A stretch of 64,000 nt of DNA from Polyangia bacterium. GTDB lineage: Bacteria; Myxococcota_A; Polyangia; Polyangiales; JAUICN01. Positions 54,887 through 64,000 of this stretch are shown one piece after another; position 1 is the first letter of the stretch; each line of letters opens with the position of its first letter. The stretch is taken from assembly GCA_030427835.1 (NCBI GenBank), contig JAUICN010000003.1, positions 100,965 through 164,964 on the forward strand. Direction: 5' to 3'. Below the pieces are notes generated by a model, which was not told where the DNA came from, did not search any database, and worked only from the letters and a program-made list of their open reading frames with translations. The position numbers and the translations under genes are program-made.

Positions 54887-56026
54887 ATGTCTGCCCACGA
54901 AACACCTTCCACAGACGTTGCGACCCTGCTCCAGCGGTTTGGCTTTGACCAGGACACCTTTGACGCGCTCCGAATGCGCCTACAACAGGCTGAAAACCTC
55001 CATGGCTGGAATGCGCTCAAGGGCACCCTGGCAGCCCCCCAACCCGAGCAAATCGCCTCCCTAAAAGAGGAGGAGCGGGCGAAACTGCAACGCATTGGAC
55101 TGGACGCCATGGGGCGGGGTCAAGTGGGTGTATTGGTGTTGGCGGGCGGTATGGCCACCCGCTTTGGTGGCGTGGTCAAAGCCACCGTGCCCGTGTTGGA
55201 AAAGCAAACCTTTCTCGACCTCAAACTCCAGCAGTTCCAGTTCGCAGAAAACGCCTGCGGGCACACCATCCCCGTATTTCTCATGACAAGCTTCGCCACG
55301 GACGTCGCGATCCGGGACCATGTGGCAAGCCATTCCCAGGGAATGAACATTCAGTGTTTTGCCCAATCCATTTCCCTCCGCGTGCTTCCAGACGGCACCC
55401 CCTTCCGCGACGGAAAATCCAAAAGCGCACTCTACGCCCCGGGGCACGGCGATACCCTGAGAGCATTTCAACGGTCGGGCTTGCTCGACTCCTTTGTGGC
55501 CAAGGGCGGCAAGTGGGTTTTCGTATCCAACGTGGACAACCTGGGCGCCGATCTGGACCCGGTAGTCCTGGGAAGTCACATCCAATCGAAACAGCAGATC
55601 ACCGTGGAAGTGGTGGACAAGCATCCAGGTGATGCGGGCGGGGCACCTGCCCTGGTGAATGGGAACCTGCAAATCGTGGAAGGCTTTCGATTTCCTCCCG
55701 ACTTTGATCAGAGCCAAATCCCGGTGTTCAACACCAACACGTTCATCATGGACGCCCAGGCCATGGGTGAGAACGACCGGGCGTCATTGGATTGGTTCAT
55801 CGCCAAAAAGAAGGTGGATGGGCAGGATGTCATCCAGTTTGAGCAACTGCTCGGTCAAGTCACCGCGTTCTACCCGACCCAATTTCTGCGAGTCCCAAGG
55901 CAAGGTGTGGCCTCCCGGTTCACGCCCGTGAAAGATCCCGCTGAACTGCAAAAGCGCCTTCCTGAAATCAGGGACGTTCTTTCAAGAGCTTCTGTCGCAG
56001 TTGCACCTTTGGCACCACGTCCTTAA
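54887..56026 (+). CDS. UDPGP-family (eukaryote-type) UTP--hexose-1-phosphate uridylyltransferase
   Basis: 379 aa. GVLVLAGGMATRFGGVVKATVPV, FLMTSFATDVAIRDH and YAPGHGD...VSNVDNLGA. Specificity is not assignable. The last 59 nt overlap convergent rlmN. Confidence 0.8.
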   Translation: MSAHETPSTDVATLLQRFGFDQDTFDALRMRLQQAENLHGWNALKGTLAAPQPEQIASLKEEERAKLQRIGLDAMGRGQVGVLVLAGGMATRFGGVVKATVPVLEKQTFLDLKLQQFQFAENACGHTIPVFLMTSFATDVAIRDHVASHSQGMNIQCFAQSISLRVLPDGTPFRDGKSKSALYAPGHGDTLRAFQRSGLLDSFVAKGGKWVFVSNVDNLGADLDPVVLGSHIQSKQQITVEVVDKHPGDAGGAPALVNGNLQIVEGFRFPPDFDQSQIPVFNTNTFIMDAQAMGENDRASLDWFIAKKKVDGQDVIQFEQLLGQVTAFYPTQFLRVPRQGVASRFTPVKDPAELQKRLPEIRDVLSRASVAVAPLAPRP

Positions 56027-57203
56027 GCACCAGCTGACCGCAGGCGGCGGCCACGTCATCCCCCCGTTGGGTGCGTACAAACGTGGGCACCCGGTGGCGC
56101 AACAGTTCATCCTGAAACGCTTGCACGGTCTGCGCGGACGGCGCCGTCAACCCCGAGCCCCCCACAGGATTCATGGGAATCAGGTTCACCTTGGTCGACA
56201 GGCCATGGAGCAGTTTCGCCAGTCGAGAAGCATCCTCCTTGGAATCGTTTTTACCCCCCACCAACGTGTACTCCACCGTAATACGGCGCCGTGGCGGCAA
56301 CGGGTAACGTCGGAGACACTGCATCAACTTATCCAGGGGGTAACGCTTCGCAATCGGCATCAGCGAGGCTCGCTTTTCCTGATCCACGGCGTGCAATGAA
56401 ATGGCCAACGCCGCACGGCCCTCCGTGTCCTTCCCCAGCCTGTCGATCTCCGGCACCAATCCACTGGTGGATACCGTCACCCGACGGGTGGAAAGCCCAA
56501 TGCCCTCCGCGTGGGTCAATAGACGCCAGGCTCGAATCACCGCGTCGTAGTTGTGCAGTGGCTCCCCCATGCCCATGAACACCACGTTGGTCAGGCGCTT
56601 GCCTTCTGGCAGTTGCTGCCGAGCCCACAACACCTGGGCCACAATTTCTTCTGGCCCCAAGTGCCGCTGCAACCCCGCAATCCCAGAAGCGCAAAACACA
56701 CACCCCATGGCACAGCCCACCTGCGACGAAATGCACTGGGTTACCCGATCCCCCACCGCGCGCCCCTGCACGCTCCAGGGAGCGTCTTCTACAGGTTCCT
56801 CCTCCAGTTCCGCATCATCGGCCTCATCGTCGAGATTCACGGCCTTCGATGCGGCGCCACGCCGTTCCAGCTGAGGGATCAGAACCGTTTCTACCCTGGC
56901 CCCATCACCGTATTTCACCACAAGCTTGGTGGTGCCGTCTCCGGAGGCATGGCGTTCGTCCAACGTTAGAATCGGGGGCATGGCTTCGATGAGAGACTCC
57001 CGAAGCCGCTTTGGCACATCTGTCATCGCCGCCGGATCCATCACATTGCGCTGATGAATCCACCGAAAAATCTGCCCCCCCCGGTACTTGGGCTGCCCCT
57101 GCCCCCGTACCCAGGCCTCCCACTCCTCAGGCAACCAAGCAACCGGATGCCATTCATTCTTAGTGTTACTCACAACCGCCCCAGTGTGCACCCCAACCCA
57201 CAA
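55968..57203 (-). CDS. rlmN: 23S rRNA/tRNA adenine-C2 methyltransferase RlmN (radical SAM)
   Basis: 411 aa. YRGGQIFRWIH, radical-SAM SSQVGCAMGCVFCASG, MGMGEPL and the second catalytic Cys region AAACGQL. Confidence 0.9.
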   Translation of the reverse strand: MWVGVHTGAVVSNTKNEWHPVAWLPEEWEAWVRGQGQPKYRGGQIFRWIHQRNVMDPAAMTDVPKRLRESLIEAMPPILTLDERHASGDGTTKLVVKYGDGARVETVLIPQLERRGAASKAVNLDDEADDAELEEEPVEDAPWSVQGRAVGDRVTQCISSQVGCAMGCVFCASGIAGLQRHLGPEEIVAQVLWARQQLPEGKRLTNVVFMGMGEPLHNYDAVIRAWRLLTHAEGIGLSTRRVTVSTSGLVPEIDRLGKDTEGRAALAISLHAVDQEKRASLMPIAKRYPLDKLMQCLRRYPLPPRRRITVEYTLVGGKNDSKEDASRLAKLLHGLSTKVNLIPMNPVGGSGLTAPSAQTVQAFQDELLRHRVPTFVRTQRGDDVAAACGQLVLKDVVPKVQLRQKLLKERP

Positions 57204-57242
57204 AACACCAGCCGGTCACGCAAAAAGAACCGGCGCCGACAC

Positions 57243-58136
57243 TCAATAGTGCCAGGGCACTTTTTTGAAGTCTGGGTCGCGTTTTTCAAGGAAGGCGTCG
57301 CGGCCTTCCTGGGCTTCGTCGGTGCCGTAGGCCAGGCGGGTGGCTTCTCCGGCAAAGAGCTGTTGGCCCACAAGGCCATCGTCCATAAGATTAAACGCAT
57401 ATTTGAGCATGCGTTGGGCGGTGGGACTCTTGTCCACCACACGGCGTGCCCAATCAAGGGCCGTGGTCTCCAACTCCGCATGGGGGACGGCCGCGTTCAC
57501 CATGCCCATCTGAAAAGCCTCTTCTGCAGAGTATTCCAGGCCCAAAAAGAAGATTTCACGGGCCCGCTTTTGCCCCACCTGCCGGGCCAGGTAGGCCGAG
57601 CCGTAGCCCCCGTCAAAACTGGCCACGTCCGCATCGGTTTGTTTGAATCTGGCGTGCTCTTGGCTGGCAAGCGTCATGTCGCACACCACGTGCAAACTAT
57701 GCCCGCCGCCCACGGCCCATCCAGGAACCACCGCAATTACCACCTTGGGCATGAATCGGATCAGCCGTTGCACCTCAAGGATATGAAGCCTGCCCGTGTT
57801 GCCAGGGGTCGAGTTCCCTCCAACTTCCTTGTATTCGTATCCGTCCCGCCCCCGAATGCGTTGGTCGCCGCCAGAGCAAAAAGCCCAGCCCTGATCCTTG
57901 GGTGAAGGCCCATTGCCAGTGAGCAACACGCAACCCACGGTCGTGGTCTGCCGCGCGTGATCCAGGGCCGTGTAAAGTTCATCCACGGTTTGCGGTCGAA
58001 AAGCGTTGCGAACTTCTGGCCGGTTGAACGCCACGCGCACCACCCGGCGATCCGCAGTCCAATGGTAGGTGATGTCCCCGAACGTAAAGCCAGGGACCGT
58101 TTCCCAATCCTTCTTTTGAAAGGTTTCAGAAACCAT
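57243..58136 (-). CDS. menB: 1,4-dihydroxy-2-naphthoyl-CoA synthase
   Basis: 297 aa. Motifs FCSGGDQRIRG and GWAVGGGHSLHVVCD, with a C-terminal FLEKRDPDF. Confidence 0.9.
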   Translation of the reverse strand: MVSETFQKKDWETVPGFTFGDITYHWTADRRVVRVAFNRPEVRNAFRPQTVDELYTALDHARQTTTVGCVLLTGNGPSPKDQGWAFCSGGDQRIRGRDGYEYKEVGGNSTPGNTGRLHILEVQRLIRFMPKVVIAVVPGWAVGGGHSLHVVCDMTLASQEHARFKQTDADVASFDGGYGSAYLARQVGQKRAREIFFLGLEYSAEEAFQMGMVNAAVPHAELETTALDWARRVVDKSPTAQRMLKYAFNLMDDGLVGQQLFAGEATRLAYGTDEAQEGRDAFLEKRDPDFKKVPWHY

Positions 58137-58140
58137 AAAC

Positions 58141-58974
58141 TTACACAGAAACGCCGAAGTCCCGTAGGGCCGCGTTCAAACTGGTCTTGCGGTCCGTGGA
58201 CTCGGTGCGTTTTCCAATAATCAATGCAGCGGGAATGCCAAACTCCCCCGCGGGGAACTTCTTGATTCGTGTACCCGGAATCACCACGGAACGGGCAGGT
58301 ACGTGACCCACCACCTCCACGGGAGTGTCACCGGTCACGTCGATGATTTTGGTGGACGCCGTAAGAACCGTGTTGGCGCCGAGCACGGCCTCACGGCCCA
58401 CCCGAACGCCCTCCACCACAATGGCACGGGATCCGATGAACGCCCCATCCTCGATGATCACGGGAGTTGCTCCAGGGGGCTCCAACACGCCGCCGATGCC
58501 CACGCCGCCAGACAGATGCACATGGCGACCGATCTGAGCGCAGGAACCCACCGTGGCCCACGTGTCGACCATGGAGCCTTCACCCACATAGGCGCCGATA
58601 TTCACGTACCCCGGCATGAGCACCACACCCGGTTCCAGGTGGGCACCGTACCGGCACGTGCCCGGAGGAACCACACGCACCCCCTGGGATTCCAAATCTT
58701 TCTTGAGCGGGATCTTGTCGTGAAACTCAAAAGGACCCACTTCCATGGTTTCCATGGAGCGCACACCAAAATACAAAAGTACGGCCTGTTTTACCCAGGC
58801 ATGGGTGGTCCAATTGCCCTCGCCGTCAACGCTGGCCACGCGGAGAGTTCCCTTGTCGAGTCCCTCCACCGCCTCGAGCACAGCGTCCCTGTACTCCGCA
58901 GACTTCAGAAGGGATCGATCCCCGTAGGCCTGCCCAATGCGCTCCTCTAGATTCGCCATGGAAGGGTTCCCCAC
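58141..58974 (-). CDS. dapD: tetrahydrodipicolinate N-succinyltransferase
   Basis: 277 aa, collinear with E. coli DapD (VNIGAYVGEGSMVDTWATVGSCAQIGRHVHLSGGVGIGGVLEP). Confidence 0.93.
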   Translation of the reverse strand: MGNPSMANLEERIGQAYGDRSLLKSAEYRDAVLEAVEGLDKGTLRVASVDGEGNWTTHAWVKQAVLLYFGVRSMETMEVGPFEFHDKIPLKKDLESQGVRVVPPGTCRYGAHLEPGVVLMPGYVNIGAYVGEGSMVDTWATVGSCAQIGRHVHLSGGVGIGGVLEPPGATPVIIEDGAFIGSRAIVVEGVRVGREAVLGANTVLTASTKIIDVTGDTPVEVVGHVPARSVVIPGTRIKKFPAGEFGIPAALIIGKRTESTDRKTSLNAALRDFGVSV

Positions 58975-58977
58975 AGA

Positions 58978-59409
58978 CTAGGAAGCCGTGCCGCCAAGTT
59001 CAAAGCCGGGAAAGAAGTACGCCACTTCCTTCACGGCGTTCTCCACCGAATCGGAACCGTGCACGGCGTTCTCACCAATGCTGCCGCCAAAGGCCTTACG
59101 AATCGTGCCTTCGTCCGCCTCGGCCGGGTTGGTGGCTCCCATGAGCTTACGGTAGGCCGCAACGGCACCCTCGCCCTCCGCCACAAACACCACCACGGGG
59201 CCACGGGTCATGAAGTCCACAAGCTCCCCAAAGAAGGGGCGCTCGCTGTGGACCGCGTAAAACCCTTCGGCCTGGGGGCGGGAAAGCCGCGTCATGCGAA
59301 CCGCCTGAAGTTCCAGCCCACTACGCTCCACCATCCCTAAAATATCACCCACGTGGTTCTGTTCCACAGAGTCAGGTTTAATAATCCCCAAAGTACGTTC
59401 TTTTGCCAT
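58978..59409 (-). CDS. ndk: nucleoside-diphosphate kinase
   Basis: 143 aa. RTLGIIKPD and the active-site His in NAVHGSDS. Confidence 0.95.
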   Translation of the reverse strand: MAKERTLGIIKPDSVEQNHVGDILGMVERSGLELQAVRMTRLSRPQAEGFYAVHSERPFFGELVDFMTRGPVVVFVAEGEGAVAAYRKLMGATNPAEADEGTIRKAFGGSIGENAVHGSDSVENAVKEVAYFFPGFELGGTAS

Positions 59410-59467
59410 GTGATCTCACTTCCTCAACGGTGCCCATTTCCTTTCCGAAAATTCGGAAAAAAACACC

Positions 59468-59498
59468 AAAAAACCACCTACATCAAAGATACAGGTGG
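59468..59498 (-). terminator. rho-independent terminator after sucD
   Basis: The minus strand reads CCACCUGUAUC-UUU-GAUGUAGGUGG (11-bp stem with two G-U pairs) followed by UUUUUU GGUGUUUUUUU, 28 nt after the sucD stop. Confidence 0.75.
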
Positions 59499-59525
59499 CC
59501 GAGGTCTAGCAGAATAGGTCGACTG

Positions 59526-60398
59526 TCAAAGCAAAGATTGCAGGGTGGTTCCCATGTCGGAGGGCGTGGGTGCCATCTTCACACCGGCGGCCTCCAGGTG
59601 GGCAATCTTTTCTGCGGCAGTTCCTTTGCCACCGCTGATGATGGCTCCCGCATGCCCCATGCGTTTGCCTGGGGGTGCAGTGACTCCGGCGATGAAGCCT
59701 GCCACGGGCTTTTTGAACTCACGCTTGATGTATTCGGCCGCCAGCTCTTCTGCGTTGCCGCCGATTTCACCTATGAGGATCACGCCGTCGGTTTCCGGGT
59801 CCTCCTGGAAGAGCTCAAGTACGTCCACAAAGTCCGTACCGTGCACCGGGTCTCCGCCGATGCCCACACAGGTGCTCTGTCCGATGCCCAGGGCAGAAAG
59901 CTGCCCCACGGCCTCGTAGGTGAGGGTTCCGCTCTTGGAGACCACACCGATTTTACCTGGCTTGTGAATGTGCCCGGGCATGATGCCGATTTTGCATTGC
60001 TCGGGAGTGATGACACCCGGGCAGTTGGGGCCGATGAGACGGGACGTGCTCTGGGAATCCAGCACGCGACGGACCTTCACCATGTCCGCCACAGGAATGC
60101 CCTCGGTGATGGCCACAATCAGGGCTACACCGGCATCCACGGCTTCCAAAATGGCATCGGCCGCAAAAGGAGGCGGCACAAAAATGCAGGTGGCGTTTGC
60201 ACGTGTCTTTTCCACCGCATCGATCACCGTATCAAACACGGGCACCGAGTCCTGGAACTGGCTTCCGCCCTTGCCCGGCGTGACTCCCGCCACCAACTGG
60301 GTTCCGTATTCGAGCATTTGCCCAGAGTGGAATGCACCGGTGCTCCCAGTGATTCCCTGCACCATCAAACGTGTGTCTTTGTTTACCAAAATCGCCAT
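59526..60398 (-). CDS. sucD: succinate--CoA ligase subunit alpha
   Basis: 290 aa. [10 protein letters not shown] and the phosphohistidine loop RMGHAGAII. Confidence 0.96.
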   Translation of the reverse strand: MAILVNKDTRLMVQGITGSTGAFHSGQMLEYGTQLVAGVTPGKGGSQFQDSVPVFDTVIDAVEKTRANATCIFVPPPFAADAILEAVDAGVALIVAITEGIPVADMVKVRRVLDSQSTSRLIGPNCPGVITPEQCKIGIMPGHIHKPGKIGVVSKSGTLTYEAVGQLSALGIGQSTCVGIGGDPVHGTDFVDVLELFQEDPETDGVILIGEIGGNAEELAAEYIKREFKKPVAGFIAGVTAPPGKRMGHAGAIISGGKGTAAEKIAHLEAAGVKMAPTPSDMGTTLQSLL

Positions 60399-60401
60399 GG
60401 T

Positions 60402-61577
60402 CTAACCTTTCACCGCATCCACAATCTTACGCGCGCCATCCGCCATGCTGGACGCCGCCGTGATTGCCAAACCTGAATTCCCCAAAATCTCTTTTCCTTC
60501 GTCCACGTTGGTGCCTTCCAGGCGAACCACCAGGGGAACGTCCAGCCCGAGATCCCGGGCCGCACCCACCACACCCTTGGCAATAACATCGCACTTCATG
60601 ATGCCGCCAAAGATGTTCACAAAGATGCCCTTCACCGCCTCGGACTTCAGGATGATCGTGAACGCCTTTTTCACGGCCTCTTCTGTGGCCCCGCCCCCCA
60701 CGTCCAGGAAGTTCGCCGGGTCACCACCGTAGTGCTTGATGATATCCATGGTGGCCATGGCCAAGCCGGCGCCGTTCACCAGGCACCCAATGTTTCCGTC
60801 CAACTGAATGAAGCTGAGATTGGCTTCCTTGGCCTCGGTTTCGGTGGCCGCCTCTTCGGACAGGTCCCGAAGTTCCTCCCAAGCGGGATGACGGAACGCC
60901 GCATTTTCATCGAAGTTCACCTTGGCGTCGAGGGCCAACACGTCGCCGCTCCCGGTAACGATGAGTGGATTGATTTCCGCAATGGAACAATCCTCGGCCA
61001 CAAACAGTTTGGACAGTTGCCCCAGCAGTTTTGCAAAAGACTTCTGGGCGGGCTTTTCCAACCCCAATGCAAACGCGAGACCACGTACCTGGTAGCCCTG
61101 CAGGCCAACCGCGGGATCCACAAACACCTTCACGATTTTCTCAGGCGAGTTGGCGGCCACCTCTTCGATGTCCACCCCACCCTCCGTGGAAGCCATGATG
61201 GCCACGCGACGGGTTTCACGGTCCACCACCAGCGCAAGGTAGAGCTCCCGGGCAATATCCAAGCCCTGCTCCACCAGCAATCGCTGGACAAGTTTTCCCT
61301 GGGGGCCGGTCTGGTGGGTCACCAGGGTCTTGCCAATAAGATCCTGGGCCACTTCCTTCGCCGCACGCGCACCCTTGACCACTTTCACCCCGCCGGCCTT
61401 GCCGCGGCCGCCTGCGTGAATCTGGGCCTTGACGACCACCGTTTCACTGCCGGTTTCAGCGATCAACTCCTTGGCCTTCGCCTCGGCTTCCTCCGCTGAA
61501 AACACGGGAAATCCCTTTGGAACGGGAATGCCGTACTGCCGGTACATGGCCTTCGCTTGATATTCATGGATATTCAT
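60402..61577 (-). CDS. sucC: succinate--CoA ligase subunit beta
   Basis: 391 aa. Motifs [20 protein letters not shown] and [11 protein letters not shown]. Confidence 0.96.
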   Translation of the reverse strand: MNIHEYQAKAMYRQYGIPVPKGFPVFSAEEAEAKAKELIAETGSETVVVKAQIHAGGRGKAGGVKVVKGARAAKEVAQDLIGKTLVTHQTGPQGKLVQRLLVEQGLDIARELYLALVVDRETRRVAIMASTEGGVDIEEVAANSPEKIVKVFVDPAVGLQGYQVRGLAFALGLEKPAQKSFAKLLGQLSKLFVAEDCSIAEINPLIVTGSGDVLALDAKVNFDENAAFRHPAWEELRDLSEEAATETEAKEANLSFIQLDGNIGCLVNGAGLAMATMDIIKHYGGDPANFLDVGGGATEEAVKKAFTIILKSEAVKGIFVNIFGGIMKCDVIAKGVVGAARDLGLDVPLVVRLEGTNVDEGKEILGNSGLAITAASSMADGARKIVDAVKG

Positions 61578-61610
61578 TGTTGTCTCCTCAATAGTTCCCG
61601 TACGAATCGA

Positions 61611-63856
<2,246 letters not shown>

Positions 63857-64000
63857 GGTTGCCTCCTCATCTCCTGGGCTGAACGCCTGATCCGGCGCCC
63901 GGAGAAGTGCCCCCCTTGTAGCACAGCCACAGGCCGTGCATCCCATTTCTGTAGCCCACCCCAAAGCTCCCATTCCACCAAACATTCCAGGAAGTTCAAA

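Noticed and set aside
59403-60476. 357-aa plus-strand ORF opposite sucD and the end of sucC
   Set aside because: It is antisense to two highly conserved TCA-cycle genes and crosses their intergenic spacer and the terminator region. No motif is present.

Overview
GC-rich (about 60% by eye), densely coding chromosomal window with about 57 supportable protein genes. I found no rRNA, tRNA, CRISPR array, transposase, integrase or phage gene. The domain repertoire (FHA, PEGA-like, DUF4388-like, GYF-like, many TPR, Cys-rich CTxDxC repeats) and the frequent GTGA/ATGA start-stop overlaps suggest a Myxococcota/Bradymonadia-like deltaproteobacterial lineage; this is inference only. The housekeeping backbone is rpoZ, CIRCE-controlled groES-groEL, prmC, cbiX, pyrC-carA, scoA-scoB, apbE, deoC, sppA, fused aroK-aroB, rpmF-fabG-acpP-fabF-rpiB, hisS, obg, queG, rlmN, menB, dapD, ndk and sucD-sucC-mdh-icd. 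The less ordinary parts are: (i) a minus-strand string of FHA-GAF-adenylate cyclase, a GTGA-coupled 90-aa ORF, a sensor-less histidine kinase and a pseudo-receiver GGDEF-EAL protein (4367-9146), with a separate FHA-GGDEF cyclase at 461-1345; (ii) a three-gene operon for a TPR/PEGA-like membrane protein, a secreted protein with about 54 Cys in CTxDxC-type repeats, and a small paralogous Cys-module ORF (35773-38263); (iii) a 25% GC island carrying a perfect 20-bp palindrome between a divergent XRE regulator and a LysM/DUF882 peptidase gene (34573-34592); (iv) tandem multi-TM histidine kinases, the second with a degenerate ATP-binding domain (42890-45885); (v) a translationally coupled pair of proteins I cannot assign, next to the groESL promoter (9713-11157); (vi) a very large pseudo-receiver/DUF4388-like/PEGA-like protein next to a Thr-type alkaline-phosphatase-superfamily lipoprotein (45964-51029). 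All family assignments come from motifs read in the supplied translations and need HMM or BLAST confirmation. I cannot show that any of these is truly undescribed. The signalling string (i) and the Cys-repeat operon (ii) are my best candidates for a novel system.
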